A DNA stretch of 64,000 nucleotides from positions 119,599-183,598 of the forward strand of contig CAYHLC010000001.1 in the NCBI GenBank assembly GCA_964357395.1. Reading direction: 5' to 3'. Both the position numbers and the translations under genes were made by a program. The notes beneath the pieces are model-generated. The model saw only the letters and a program-made list of their open reading frames with translations. It was not told the DNA's origin and did no database searches. Origin of the DNA: an uncultured Candidatus Saccharibacteria bacterium. Lineage in GTDB: Bacteria > Patescibacteriota > Minisyncoccia > Phycocordibacterales > Phycocordibacteraceae. This document shows positions 37,107 to 46,325 of this stretch, one piece after another (position 1 is the stretch's first letter; every line of letters starts with the position of its first letter).

Positions 37107-38021
37107 CTAGCTAGTCTTTAGGGCGATATAGATATCCTCGAGCGCCTTGACGGCATCGCCTGCAGCAATGTTGTTTTGGTGATAGAGCGCCGTAGTGCAG
37201 TCGCCTGCGGCCCAGATGCCGCTCGCGGATGTGCGCTGGGTCCACGGGTCGATAACCACGCGGCCCTGCTCGTTTAGGTCGACGACACCCTTCAGATACT
37301 CAGTAGATGGGATAAGGCCGATCTCTACGAAGATGCCACCTGTAGCAAGCTCATGCTCTCCGGATGCGTCCTTGTAGGTAAGTGACTTAACAAACTTCTC
37401 GCCCTTAACCTCTACTATCTCCGTATTAGGAATCGCTGTCATCTTAGGGTCGGCCGTAACCATCTTGACCGTTACAGGGTCCGCGCGGAAGTCGCTACGA
37501 GCAAGCAAGGTTACTGACTTGCAGTAGGCGAGTAGCTGCGCCGCTGTCTCAAAGGCGGCGTTCCCACCACCAATCACTGCTACGTCGGCGCCACTGAATA
37601 GGGGACCATCGCAGGTCGCGCAGTAGGTGAGGCCCTTGTGCTCGTATTGGTCGGCGCCAGGCGCGTCGAGCTTGCGGCGCTGGCCGCCAGTAGTAACAAG
37701 GATCGTGCGGGCCTCAAACGACTTGCCCGTACTAGTTCCGATCAGGAAATGGTCACCCTGCTTCTCCACCTTGGTAACCCGAGTACCAGTGATGATTGTC
37801 ACCACATCGCCCGCATAGGTGCGTACATGTTGCTCTAGGATCTTGGCCAGGTCGGGGCCGGGGATGTGCGGCGTGCCTATCCAGTTCTGTACGTCAGCTG
37901 AGTCGATAGACTGGCCACCAAAGTTTTCAGTAATAAGAACAGTCTTCAGGAGCTTACGAGCTGCATAGACGCCTGCTGCGCATCCTGCTGGGCCGCCTCC
38001 AATTATTGCCAAATCAAACAT
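37107..38021 (-). CDS. trxB: Thioredoxin-disulfide reductase (TrxB/AhpF-like)
   Basis: IIGGGPAG, YCATCDG, VIGGGNAA, WAAGD. Confidence 0.9.
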   Translation of the reverse strand: MFDLAIIGGGPAGCAAGVYAARKLLKTVLITENFGGQSIDSADVQNWIGTPHIPGPDLAKILEQHVRTYAGDVVTIITGTRVTKVEKQGDHFLIGTSTGKSFEARTILVTTGGQRRKLDAPGADQYEHKGLTYCATCDGPLFSGADVAVIGGGNAAFETAAQLLAYCKSVTLLARSDFRADPVTVKMVTADPKMTAIPNTEIVEVKGEKFVKSLTYKDASGEHELATGGIFVEIGLIPSTEYLKGVVDLNEQGRVVIDPWTQRTSASGIWAAGDCTTALYHQNNIAAGDAVKALEDIYIALKTS

Positions 38022-38075
38022 GTCCTTGCAGTGTAGCGCGCGGACATGAAACTAAAAAGTAGGGGATATCCCCGC

Positions 38076-38249
38076 TTAGTGCAGCAGGTCGTTCTTGCCG
38101 GGAGACGTATGATCGTCTCTAAATTCCTCGTGGTCGTCAGCAGGAAGGTGGCTCGCCCAATACCACCCGAGGGCAACAATAAGAGCGCCCATGACAACGC
38201 CTGACCATATTAGGACCTCGCCGAGGTCTGCTGCTTCTGGAGCTGCCAT
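38076..38249 (-). CDS. 57-aa single-TM microprotein abutting the ftsZ stop
   Basis: MAAPEAADLGEVLIWSGVVMGALIVALGWYWASHLPADDHEEFRDDHTSPGKNDLLH; ATG directly follows ftsZ TAG. Confidence 0.6.
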   Translation of the reverse strand: MAAPEAADLGEVLIWSGVVMGALIVALGWYWASHLPADDHEEFRDDHTSPGKNDLLH

Positions 38250-39425
38250 CTAGCTCTTTTTGTTACGGCGAAGGAATGCTGGGACGCCCCACTCGTCATC
38301 CTCATCGACTGCTTTTGGCGCGGTCTCCTTGGGTGCCGCTATTGGCGGTACTGCCTCCTCATCCTTCGGACTCATAACGGAGTTGTAGAGCTTGCCGACA
38401 GCGCCCTCGTCGTCCTTCTTCTCCTTCTTAACAGGCATCTGGAAGAGTGGCGTGCGGCTCTGTGCGCCTTCCTCTGGGAACCCGGTAGCAATAACCGTGA
38501 CGCGGATCTCGCCCTTCCTCAGGCGCTCGTCCTTGGATGAGCCAAAGATGACCTTGGCGTTCTTGTCGATAGACTCGGTAACGATCTGCGCTGCTGCCTG
38601 GACCTCGAGGAGGCCGAGATCCTCGCCACCTGCGATAGACAAGAGGACGCCCTTCGCGCCATTGATCGAGATGTCGAGGAGGGGAGAGTTGATAGCGAGG
38701 CGTGCAGCTTCCTCGGCGCGCTTGTCGCCGGATGCAACGCCGACACCCATAAGGGCCGAGCCGGCGTCCTCCATAACCGCCTTGATGTCGGCGAAGTCGA
38801 GGTTGATAGAGCCTGGGGTGGTGATTAAATCAGAAACACCCTCGACTGCCTGGCGCAGCACCTCGTCGCACATGGCGAACGCAGAGCGGACCGTGGTCTC
38901 CTTATCAACAACAGCGAGGAGGCGATCGTTCGGAATCACGATGAGCGCGTCCACTTCCTTACGCAGTTCGTCGAGTCCCTGCTCTGCAAGGCGCATGCGC
39001 TGCTGACCCTCGAACGAGAACGGCTTTGTAACAACTGCAACAGTGAGTGCACCGCTTTCCTTGGCGATGCGCGCGATAACAGGGGCCGCACCGGTGCCGG
39101 TACCGCCACCCATACCGCCTGCAATAAAGACCATGTCGGAATTGCGGAGAACGTCCTGGATCTCTGACTGCGTCTCCTCTGCTGCGCGCTTGCCGACTGC
39201 AGGGTTCATACCTGCGCCAAGGCCGCGTGTCAGATTCTTGCCAATGTGGATCTTGGTGCGCGCTGCTGATTGCTGCAAGTCCTGTGCGTCGGTGTTCACC
39301 ACAACAAAGTCCACGCCCTTCACTTTGGACTGAACCATGTGATTAACGGCGTTCTTGCCTGAGCCTCCAATACCTACGACGCGGATGCGTGCGGATGACT
39401 CAAGTTCTTGGTGGATTTGGGGCAT
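38250..39425 (-). CDS. ftsZ: Cell division protein FtsZ
   Basis: GMGGGTGTG, NLDFAD, C-terminal VPAFLRR. Confidence 0.99.
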   Translation of the reverse strand: MPQIHQELESSARIRVVGIGGSGKNAVNHMVQSKVKGVDFVVVNTDAQDLQQSAARTKIHIGKNLTRGLGAGMNPAVGKRAAEETQSEIQDVLRNSDMVFIAGGMGGGTGTGAAPVIARIAKESGALTVAVVTKPFSFEGQQRMRLAEQGLDELRKEVDALIVIPNDRLLAVVDKETTVRSAFAMCDEVLRQAVEGVSDLITTPGSINLDFADIKAVMEDAGSALMGVGVASGDKRAEEAARLAINSPLLDISINGAKGVLLSIAGGEDLGLLEVQAAAQIVTESIDKNAKVIFGSSKDERLRKGEIRVTVIATGFPEEGAQSRTPLFQMPVKKEKKDDEGAVGKLYNSVMSPKDEEAVPPIAAPKETAPKAVDEDDEWGVPAFLRRNKKS

Positions 39426-39568
39426 AGGTTAGGGATTCAATAAGTCCACTCATCATAGAGTAAAAGGGGGCTGGGCGCCAACCCTTGACTTTCCGGCGTA
39501 ACCGTTATAGGGTTCAGCGGGTATCTATAATACAGATTAACAATTAATCAAGCTTTTAAAGCAAAAAC

Positions 39569-39874
39569 ATGTTTTCAGCACCAGAAGCAGTACAGGAAGC
39601 AGCGCCAGTAGCAGCAGCGCCTGCAGCAACTCCGGTTGCCGAGTCGGGGTTTATTACCCATGATCCAGCAGGCCACCTCGAGCTCAACTTTGGGGTCGTC
39701 GACCTCAACAATTGGACGCTTGGAGAGCTTGGCGTTGCCGCGATACTCTTTGGCATAGTTCTTGGGTTGAACGCAGGTAACTCACATGAGTTGAAAGGCA
39801 CACAAGGAAGTATCGCAGGATTAAGCGGCTTTGTAGGCGTCATGGGAGTACTTGCACACGCAGTCGGAGTATAA
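39569..39874 (+). CDS. Hypothetical two-TM protein between ftsA and ftsZ
   Basis: Ala/Pro-rich N-terminus, two hydrophobic segments. Confidence 0.7.
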   Translation: MFSAPEAVQEAAPVAAAPAATPVAESGFITHDPAGHLELNFGVVDLNNWTLGELGVAAILFGIVLGLNAGNSHELKGTQGSIAGLSGFVGVMGVLAHAVGV

Positions 39875-39885
39875 AGAATGCCACA

Positions 39886-39920
39886 ACAAAAAATCCCACC
39901 GCGAGGTGGGATTTTTTGTT
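39886..39920. terminator. Bidirectional intrinsic terminator
   Basis: CAAAAAATCCCACC-GCGA-GGTGGGATTTTTTG between convergent genes. Confidence 0.8.
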
Positions 39921-41088
39921 AGGGGAGGAACTGGCGGAGGAACGAACCAACTGACTTGCCAAAGTGGGCGGCAGCGGCCTTGAAGTGTGGTCCGCCGATG
40001 CCATCGGCACCGGTCAGGCCCCAGATGGTGAGGCCATAGGCAACTGCCCAGGTAGAGTCCTTGATCTTCGCATCAGACGGGATCTGCAGCGATGCGATCT
40101 TGGAGTGGAGCTTCAGCGAGTGCTCGGCGATCTCCTTGATAGGGCCGATACCTGCACCACCTCCGCTCAATATTATTCCAGCAGGGAGGAGCTGGTCCTT
40201 GCCGAGCTTCTTCAAGTGGTTATCAATAAGCTCGAATATGTCGGTGAGCCTCGCAGCGAGGATGTCGTCTAACTTCTTTTTTGGATAGGTAGTGTGGGTG
40301 ATAGCACCGAGCTTCAGCTGCTCAGCTTCCTCGAGGGAGATACGGAGCCCAAGCGCGATATCCTTGGTGATATCCATCGATCCGATGCGGAAGACCTTCA
40401 CTGATACGGGAATGCCGTTATCAAAAATAACTATCGATACTGTTTCGGAGCCGATGTTAGCAAGGACGCACCCTGCCTTCTTCTCTGCGTTTGACAAGGA
40501 GACGATAGAACCTGCAAGCGGGGAGGCCATCACGTCCGAGACGCCAATGTTGGCAGCCTCGACCGCGTCCACCATATCTGCGACGTGCTGCTCTAGGCAG
40601 GTAACGTACAGTGTCTCGACGCCGAGCTTGGTACCCTTCATGCCTTGCGGGCGGCCCATTACCTCCGTGCCATCGACAGTGTAGGCGAGTGGGACGGTGT
40701 GGAGGACGCGGCGATTTTGGAAGCGGACCGTAGCGTGGTCCCTAGCCACATCTATAGCTTTCTCGATATCCAGGTCTGTTACCTCGGCGTCCGCACGTGC
40801 GATGATGGTCTCGCCCTTGCCGCGCACCTCATCGAGTCCGATGCCGCCTATCGAGAGGAACGCGTCGCGGATACGGACCCCGGCGACCTTCTCTGCTTGG
40901 TTTGCGGCGACACGTATCGCCCGAGCCACATCGTCCACATTGACTATGTAGCCATGGCGGAGACCCTTTGATTCCGCGCAGCCGGTACCTATGATGCGGG
41001 GGTAGCCCTTAGTTCCCTCATCTCGCGCGACGACGACGCGCACGCTGTGCGTGCCGACGTCGATTCCCACTGCGATCCGTCCTGCCAT
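39919..41088 (-). CDS. ftsA: Cell division protein FtsA
   Basis: GIDVGT, SKGLRHG.IVN, ANIGSET, ITKDIALGL, GIILSGGGA. Confidence 0.95.
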   Translation of the reverse strand: MAGRIAVGIDVGTHSVRVVVARDEGTKGYPRIIGTGCAESKGLRHGYIVNVDDVARAIRVAANQAEKVAGVRIRDAFLSIGGIGLDEVRGKGETIIARADAEVTDLDIEKAIDVARDHATVRFQNRRVLHTVPLAYTVDGTEVMGRPQGMKGTKLGVETLYVTCLEQHVADMVDAVEAANIGVSDVMASPLAGSIVSLSNAEKKAGCVLANIGSETVSIVIFDNGIPVSVKVFRIGSMDITKDIALGLRISLEEAEQLKLGAITHTTYPKKKLDDILAARLTDIFELIDNHLKKLGKDQLLPAGIILSGGGAGIGPIKEIAEHSLKLHSKIASLQIPSDAKIKDSTWAVAYGLTIWGLTGADGIGGPHFKAAAAHFGKSVGSFLRQFLP

Positions 41089-41458
41089 TTGTTTTTTCTG
41101 AATCACGCGGATGCACGAGGCCAAAACGGCGACAGTACTTGCGCTCCTCAGATTCCATTATACGCCCGTGATCGAGCCCTCGGAGGTGCAGCATGCCGTG
41201 GATAACAAGAAAGGGGAGATACTGGGCTGCGGCCATGCCCCACTCTTTGGCATGACTTGCAACCTCCGACTTGCACATAATGATCTCGCCCGAATTCTTG
41301 GAAAGTGGGAACGAGAGTATGTCGGTAGCTTTGTTGATCTTCCGGTGCGCGCGGTTTAGCACCTTCATCTTTGCCGGTGTGACGTAAGCGACTGATAGAT
41401 CAAAACGCCGTCCTAGGACGGCGTTTTTGTATTTCGTAATTGTTGCTGCCGAGAGCAC
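41018..41458 (-). CDS. ybeY: rRNA maturation RNase YbeY
   Basis: ATDILSFP, HGMLHLRGLDH; tail overlaps ftsA. Confidence 0.9.
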   Translation of the reverse strand: MLSAATITKYKNAVLGRRFDLSVAYVTPAKMKVLNRAHRKINKATDILSFPLSKNSGEIIMCKSEVASHAKEWGMAAAQYLPFLVIHGMLHLRGLDHGRIMESEERKYCRRFGLVHPRDSEKTNGRTDRSGNRRRHAQRARRRRAR

Positions 41459-41460
41459 GG

Positions 41461-41706
41461 TTAGCGGCGTGGGCCGCGTATTACCTCCTTGATGAGGCCG
41501 AGGCGCTCCTGCTCTGCCTGTGTCTCCTTCTTGGTGATGCGGCGGATAGCGGACTTCTTGCGCTTGGTCTTGGACTTGAGGCGGTCATGGTAGCGAGCGC
41601 CCTTAACCCTACGGATGATACCCGCGCCCTGGACGCGCTTCTGGAATCGGCGGATGAGGGACATCGAGTTCTCTGTCCCACTCTTTACGACCGTAACATT
41701 AATCAT
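41461..41706 (-). CDS. rpsU: 30S ribosomal protein bS21
   Basis: V.K...ENSMSLIRRFQKRVQGAGII, basic C-terminus. Confidence 0.8.
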   Translation of the reverse strand: MINVTVVKSGTENSMSLIRRFQKRVQGAGIIRRVKGARYHDRLKSKTKRKKSAIRRITKKETQAEQERLGLIKEVIRGPRR

Positions 41707-41882
41707 GACCTGACTAGTTAACCATAGCCTTAGCCCTTTTGCAATCCAGATACCCCTGTCCCCACCGAGAAAGTCCTTCTTGAAAAACTCATCCAAAAAG
41801 GCTATTATGGGTGGGTCTTTCGGTTTTGGTTAACCGAGAGGGAATCACATCCAAGGGCAACCCTCCGCGAGGAGGGTTGTTT

Positions 41883-42449
41883 CTATTTAGGGCTCTTATC
41901 GTCGCGGTGCCGTAGCTCCCGTCCCCAGATATCCTCCTCCAAATCCAGAACATCGAAATAGCCATCGGCGCCGGTCCGCAGCTCCTGCGAGACATTGTTC
42001 TTAGAGGAGAAAATATACACCTTCTTGCTGTTATTTCTTAGATAAGCTACTAGAGCAAGAAAGTCAGAGTCGCCTGTAAACAGGACAGCAGTTTCATACT
42101 TAGATCTAAAGTGCATCGCGTCGATTGTCATTTCGACATCCATGTTCCCTTTTTCTTCTACTGACTCACCGTGCTCGTTCGTCACTGTAATCCGCTTCAA
42201 CTCCTTCTTCCTGACGGTAAACTTTAACCCCTTTTTGAGGTATGTGTAGAATTTATGCTTCCCTTCAGTACTGTACGATCTGGTGCCCTCGGCCGGATAG
42301 GCAGTATAGTACAGAACGTGCATCTCGGTTCCAGAGAACTTGGCCTTTATGAAAGCGGTGAGTTTTGCATAGTCTAAGAATCTACCTTTTGCCTTCTGTG
42401 CAGCCCAAAGGTTGGAGGCATCTATGAAGACATCAATCCTGTTTGCCAC
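41883..42449 (-). CDS. NYN domain (LabA/DUF88) PIN-like protein
   Basis: VFIDASN, KGNMDVEMTIDA, LFTGDSDF; GTG start with TATAGT 6 nt upstream. Confidence 0.9.
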   Translation of the reverse strand: MANRIDVFIDASNLWAAQKAKGRFLDYAKLTAFIKAKFSGTEMHVLYYTAYPAEGTRSYSTEGKHKFYTYLKKGLKFTVRKKELKRITVTNEHGESVEEKGNMDVEMTIDAMHFRSKYETAVLFTGDSDFLALVAYLRNNSKKVYIFSSKNNVSQELRTGADGYFDVLDLEEDIWGRELRHRDDKSPK

Positions 42450-42736
42450 CGACCCACTATACTCCTCAGTAAGATGACTGAACAACTGACCCCCGTTCAA
42501 TGGGCAGTCCCGTAATGGATGCGATTGTGTCTACTGGCGGTGGCGCATCTATCCAAGTTGGTGAAGATGGATTGGTATCCAGGAGCGCGCCCCCGATGAT
42601 AAATACAATTGATAGTATGCCAAAAAACAAAGGTACCCCCCTAAAGCTTTCTGAGTCAAATTACTAGACCCTCAAGGTCTGATGAATACATGACATTGGA
42701 TGTCGTGTAAGAAAAGCGAAGTGCTAGAGTAAAGCC

Positions 42737-43519
42737 ATGGCGCTACTAAGCTATGACGAGTATGTACAGAGCCATCATCAGTGGCCCTATACCTACATCA
42801 TACGGAAAGGGGACCAGGCACTCTACTACTTTGGCGAGGCGCACTCGTTCGACCCGGCGCACCCTGAGTGGCAGGTGCTAAAAAAGTTTTGGGCCGAGTT
42901 CCTTAAAGAATCTGAAGGCAAGGACAGGATTGTTTGTATCGAGGGCGGCGTGGGACATCGGCAGGGCGCAACAACTGAGCGTGACTCGATACTGCAAGGC
43001 GGAGGGATGGGACTCAGCGAGTTTAATGCAGAGGCTGCAGGTATACCAGTCGTCACTACGGAGCCTCCGGTTACCTACGAACGCGCTGAGCTTGAGAAGT
43101 TGTTTAGTCGCGAGGAGATCCAATATAACTACTTTGTGCGTCAGGCCTATCAGTGGACACAGATGTTAGAGCCGCGAGAGCCGTTTGATGTCTATATGCG
43201 GCGCTTCCTGCATTACGAAGAGGAGCGTAGCGGTTGGGCCGACTTTGACTTCAGTCTTGAAGCGATGCTGAAGTTGCATCGTGAGATGCATGGTAAAGAG
43301 CTTGATCTGACAGACACTGACTTTTTGTACGATCTCAATAACCCTGTAGATCTGAAAACAAAAAATAGTCACGTCTCCCGTGCAGAGAGCATAATCCGCG
43401 ATGAGTATTGCGCCGACGCAATTGCAGGGTACATCAAAAAAGGTACATCGGTCTTCGTGCACTTTGGCGGCACGCACGCGGTGATGCAGGAGCCCCACCT
43501 CCGCGAGCTCCTCGCGTAA
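42737..43519 (+). CDS. Hypothetical protein
   Basis: 260 aa; YFGEAH, IEGG, IRD, FGGTH motifs; TAGAGT 6 nt before ATG. Confidence 0.75.
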   Translation: MALLSYDEYVQSHHQWPYTYIIRKGDQALYYFGEAHSFDPAHPEWQVLKKFWAEFLKESEGKDRIVCIEGGVGHRQGATTERDSILQGGGMGLSEFNAEAAGIPVVTTEPPVTYERAELEKLFSREEIQYNYFVRQAYQWTQMLEPREPFDVYMRRFLHYEEERSGWADFDFSLEAMLKLHREMHGKELDLTDTDFLYDLNNPVDLKTKNSHVSRAESIIRDEYCADAIAGYIKKGTSVFVHFGGTHAVMQEPHLRELLA

Positions 43520-43526
43520 CCCCGAA

Positions 43527-44675
43527 CTATTTGCGGGAGCGGTTGATGGACTGGATCAGCTTATCGACCGTGACTGAGGCCTGCATCTGGGAGGTAGAGG
43601 AGCGGACTATGACGGTGTTATCGAGCGCCTCGCGCTGGCCGATGATAGCGATATACGGAACACCGAGCATCTTGGCCCGCTCCATCTGCTCCCGAAGGGT
43701 CTCAGCGAGGAGTGCCTGCCGTACAGAGACCCGCGCGCGCCAGAGAGCTTCGAGTAGGGTAAAGGCTTTCAGCTTGGCAGCCTCGCCGACATGGACCACG
43801 TAGCATTGCGCTTGCTCGAACTCCTCGTCCAGCTCAACCTCCTGCGGGACAGTGACCGCGATGCCGACTGCGGCGGTGGCGCCGATCTTCTTATTGGCAA
43901 ACTCGTCAAACCGACCGCCCTCTGCAACTACCGAGCGCACACCTTTCTGCATGCCAGTTACAGCGAAGAGGAGTTCCGACTCGATGCCGGGCGCGGAAGG
44001 GAGGTGTGGTGCGAGTGTATACGCGATACCAACTGACTCGAAGAGGGCCAAGGTGTCCATCATGACCTTCCTAGAGTTCTCTGACAGGTAGTCGATGGGG
44101 CGCGGCAACCGCTCCCGCAAACTATCATCACTTGCGAGTAGCGCACGGTACGCTGCGTCTGGATCTTTGGTTGCGCTCTCCTTGGTATCTCCTGATAGAG
44201 CGTCGCTGTTGCGCTTGAAAAAGGACGTGAGCTCGCGCGTGAAGCGTCTGCGCGACTCACCATCGCCAACAGAGGAGACCATCACTTGGCACTCCTCGAA
44301 CCCGGAGAGCTCGGCTATCGAGAGCGCGGTCTTGACCACCAGCGCGTGCGAGAGCGAGTGCCGACCACTCGTTACAGAAAAGGTGAGTGTGGTGCCGCCG
44401 CCTTTCTTCGTGAGTCCCCATGACTGCGCGGGCTTGCCCCGTGAGATAGCCTCTGTCATCTCATGGGGCTTGCCACCTGCCTGCGCAGGCAGGCCTGCAG
44501 GAGTAGCGGAAAGAAGTGCCATCACTGCAGCGGTGTGGTGGTCGACGTCGCCCTGATCCGCGATGGCGCGTCGGCTAAGAGTGATCGCGGGAGAGGTAAA
44601 TCCGTATGCCGAGGCAACCTGCATTACAGCTTTGTCTAAAGACTCACGACGCGTGCCTCGCTCGAGTGATCTCAT
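43527..44675 (-). CDS. Degenerate histidyl-tRNA synthetase paralog retaining anticodon-binding domain
   Basis: AEGGRFD...AVGIA motif-3-like region and LREQMERAKMLGVPYIAIIGQREA; motif 2 not recognisable. Confidence 0.7.
   Translation of the reverse strand: MRSLERGTRRESLDKAVMQVASAYGFTSPAITLSRRAIADQGDVDHHTAAVMALLSATPAGLPAQAGGKPHEMTEAISRGKPAQSWGLTKKGGGTTLTFSVTSGRHSLSHALVVKTALSIAELSGFEECQVMVSSVGDGESRRRFTRELTSFFKRNSDALSGDTKESATKDPDAAYRALLASDDSLRERLPRPIDYLSENSRKVMMDTLALFESVGIAYTLAPHLPSAPGIESELLFAVTGMQKGVRSVVAEGGRFDEFANKKIGATAAVGIAVTVPQEVELDEEFEQAQCYVVHVGEAAKLKAFTLLEALWRARVSVRQALLAETLREQMERAKMLGVPYIAIIGQREALDNTVIVRSSTSQMQASVTVDKLIQSINRSRK
44476..44493. repeat. 18-bp perfect palindrome inside coding sequence
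   Basis: CCTGCCTGCGCAGGCAGG, within the GLPAQAG segment. Confidence 0.8.
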
Positions 44676-45226
44676 CTGGTTTGTAGTGATCCTGGTAATA
44701 CATCGATCCTGTTCGGTGGAAAGAGGCGGACCAGCGCGCGGCCAACGAGGTCACGCTTTGGCAGCGGGCCCCACACACGCGAGTCAGACGACTCGTCGCG
44801 GTTGTCGCCCATGACGAAGTACTCGTCGCCCTCGAGTGTGTAGGTAGCAAACTCGGGACGCACGTTGCTGATGTCGATGAATGACTGATCCAGCACCTCA
44901 GGCTCACTGCCATCCTTGCTGACACTAATTGTGTTGCCCTGAATATCGACGGTCTCGCCCGGGAGGCCAATGATGCGCTTGATGAAGTAGATAGATTCGT
45001 CCTTGGGGTAGCGGAGTATCACCACGTCGCCACGCTTGGGCTCCTCGAAGCGGTAGGTAAGTTGGTCCACAATCAAATACTCGCCGGTATAGAAGGTCGG
45101 CTCCATCGATGCGCCGCGCACAATGAATGGCTGCGCTACAAACCAACGAATCGGAATGACAATAATGAGAGCAATGAGTGCAAAGGAGAGGATGTCGCTA
45201 CCAATTCCTTTTTCTCCACCAGGCAT
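44672..45226 (-). CDS. lepB: Signal peptidase I
   Basis: GASMEPT, FIKRIIGLPG, YFVMGDNR..S.DSR. Confidence 0.96.
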   Translation of the reverse strand: MPGGEKGIGSDILSFALIALIIVIPIRWFVAQPFIVRGASMEPTFYTGEYLIVDQLTYRFEEPKRGDVVILRYPKDESIYFIKRIIGLPGETVDIQGNTISVSKDGSEPEVLDQSFIDISNVRPEFATYTLEGDEYFVMGDNRDESSDSRVWGPLPKRDLVGRALVRLFPPNRIDVLPGSLQTR

Positions 45227-45291
45227 ACGTGCAGTGTAGGCGAGGAGTTGCTTACACACAAGCGTTTTTTTGTGTCATGATGTGTGTATCC

Positions 45292-45885
45292 ATGGCAACA
45301 CACATTATTGTCGGATTAGGAAACCCGGGAGCTGAGTATGAGGGCACACGGCACAACACAGGACGCATGTTAGTCGAGAGGTTGCACGCGACACACGACT
45401 TTGGCGAGTGGAAAACGGAAAAGAAGCCCAAAATGCGCTGGGCGAGGGGTAGTATTGCTGGGAAGAAGGCCACACTGGTAGCCCCCGACACCTTTATGAA
45501 CAACTCGGGGCAGGCGGTCGCCCACTTTGTGAAGAATAAATCGGGGGCCGGTAACACTATAGTTGTATACGATGATCTCGACCTACCCTTGGGGACTATC
45601 AAGATCAGCCACGACCGCAGCTCGGGCGGGCACAACGGTGTTCAGTCTGTAATCCGGTCCCTCAAAACACAAGCATTTGTCCGTATCCGTGTCGGCGTCT
45701 CGCCAGCGAGCGCGAAGGGGGTCGCACGGAAGCCAAGTGGGGAGGATAAGGTGCTGAAGTTCCTCCTAGGCAAGTTTACGGGTAGCGAGCTTGCAGAGCT
45801 CAAGAAGACCTTTAAGAAGGCGATAGAGGCAGTGGAGACGATAGTAAGTGAGGGCTACCAGGCGGGCATGACAGCGCACAATTAG
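45292..45885 (+). CDS. pth: Peptidyl-tRNA hydrolase
   Basis: VGLGNPG..YEGTRHN, TFMNNSG, YDDLDL, SGGHNG. Confidence 0.97.
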   Translation: MATHIIVGLGNPGAEYEGTRHNTGRMLVERLHATHDFGEWKTEKKPKMRWARGSIAGKKATLVAPDTFMNNSGQAVAHFVKNKSGAGNTIVVYDDLDLPLGTIKISHDRSSGGHNGVQSVIRSLKTQAFVRIRVGVSPASAKGVARKPSGEDKVLKFLLGKFTGSELAELKKTFKKAIEAVETIVSEGYQAGMTAHN

Positions 45886-45903
45886 TGTGGTATAGTCTGG
45901 CCG

Positions 45904-46110
45904 ATGGAAAGGTCAGGAGCATTCCTCTCAAGGTGGAACTACCTACTCGGCGGCGCTATGATCGCCAGCGGGGCTTTGTGGGGTGTTATTGAGCAGGATA
46001 TCAACATCTTCTACTGCGCACTCGGTGCTGGCGCAGTGTGGGTACTCTTTACCGCGATGTCCCAAGCGGCAACAGAACCAGGCTTAACGAGGATGGGCCC
46101 ACGCGGCTAG
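45904..46110 (+). CDS. Small two-TM protein
   Basis: 68 aa; TATAGT 7 nt before ATG. Confidence 0.65.
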   Translation: MERSGAFLSRWNYLLGGAMIASGALWGVIEQDINIFYCALGAGAVWVLFTAMSQAATEPGLTRMGPRG

Positions 46111-46111
46111 T

Positions 46112-46276
46112 ATGCAGACTGATCCACTACCAAAGTTAACTGCGGACTACAATGCGGTAGTAGTGCTTGAAAGTGTTGCTACCAGGCCAGAGGACAAAGC
46201 ATCTTTCTCTTGGCTGCGGTTTATATACTATTGCGCGATCGCTACGGCTATTGGCGCTGGTGTCACCTACCACTAA
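46112..46276 (+). CDS. 54-aa tail-anchored microprotein
   Basis: MQTDPLPKLTADYNAVVVLESVATRPEDKASFSWLRFIYYCAIATAIGAGVTYH; starts 1 nt after previous stop. Confidence 0.55.
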   Translation: MQTDPLPKLTADYNAVVVLESVATRPEDKASFSWLRFIYYCAIATAIGAGVTYH

Positions 46277-46325
46277 CAGAATTGAGCGTTTGACAGCGCT
46301 AAGCAGCTCGGGTACTCTCCTCTGG

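Noticed and set aside
42466-42630. Possible 54-aa TM ORF on the minus strand (LFFGILSIVFIIGGALLDTNPSSP...)
   Set aside because: Looks protein-like but has only a TTG start and no clear promoter; may be a decayed gene
43527-44675. Calling this gene hisS or hisZ
   Set aside because: Catalytic motifs missing for hisS; anticodon domain retained and no his genes nearby for hisZ
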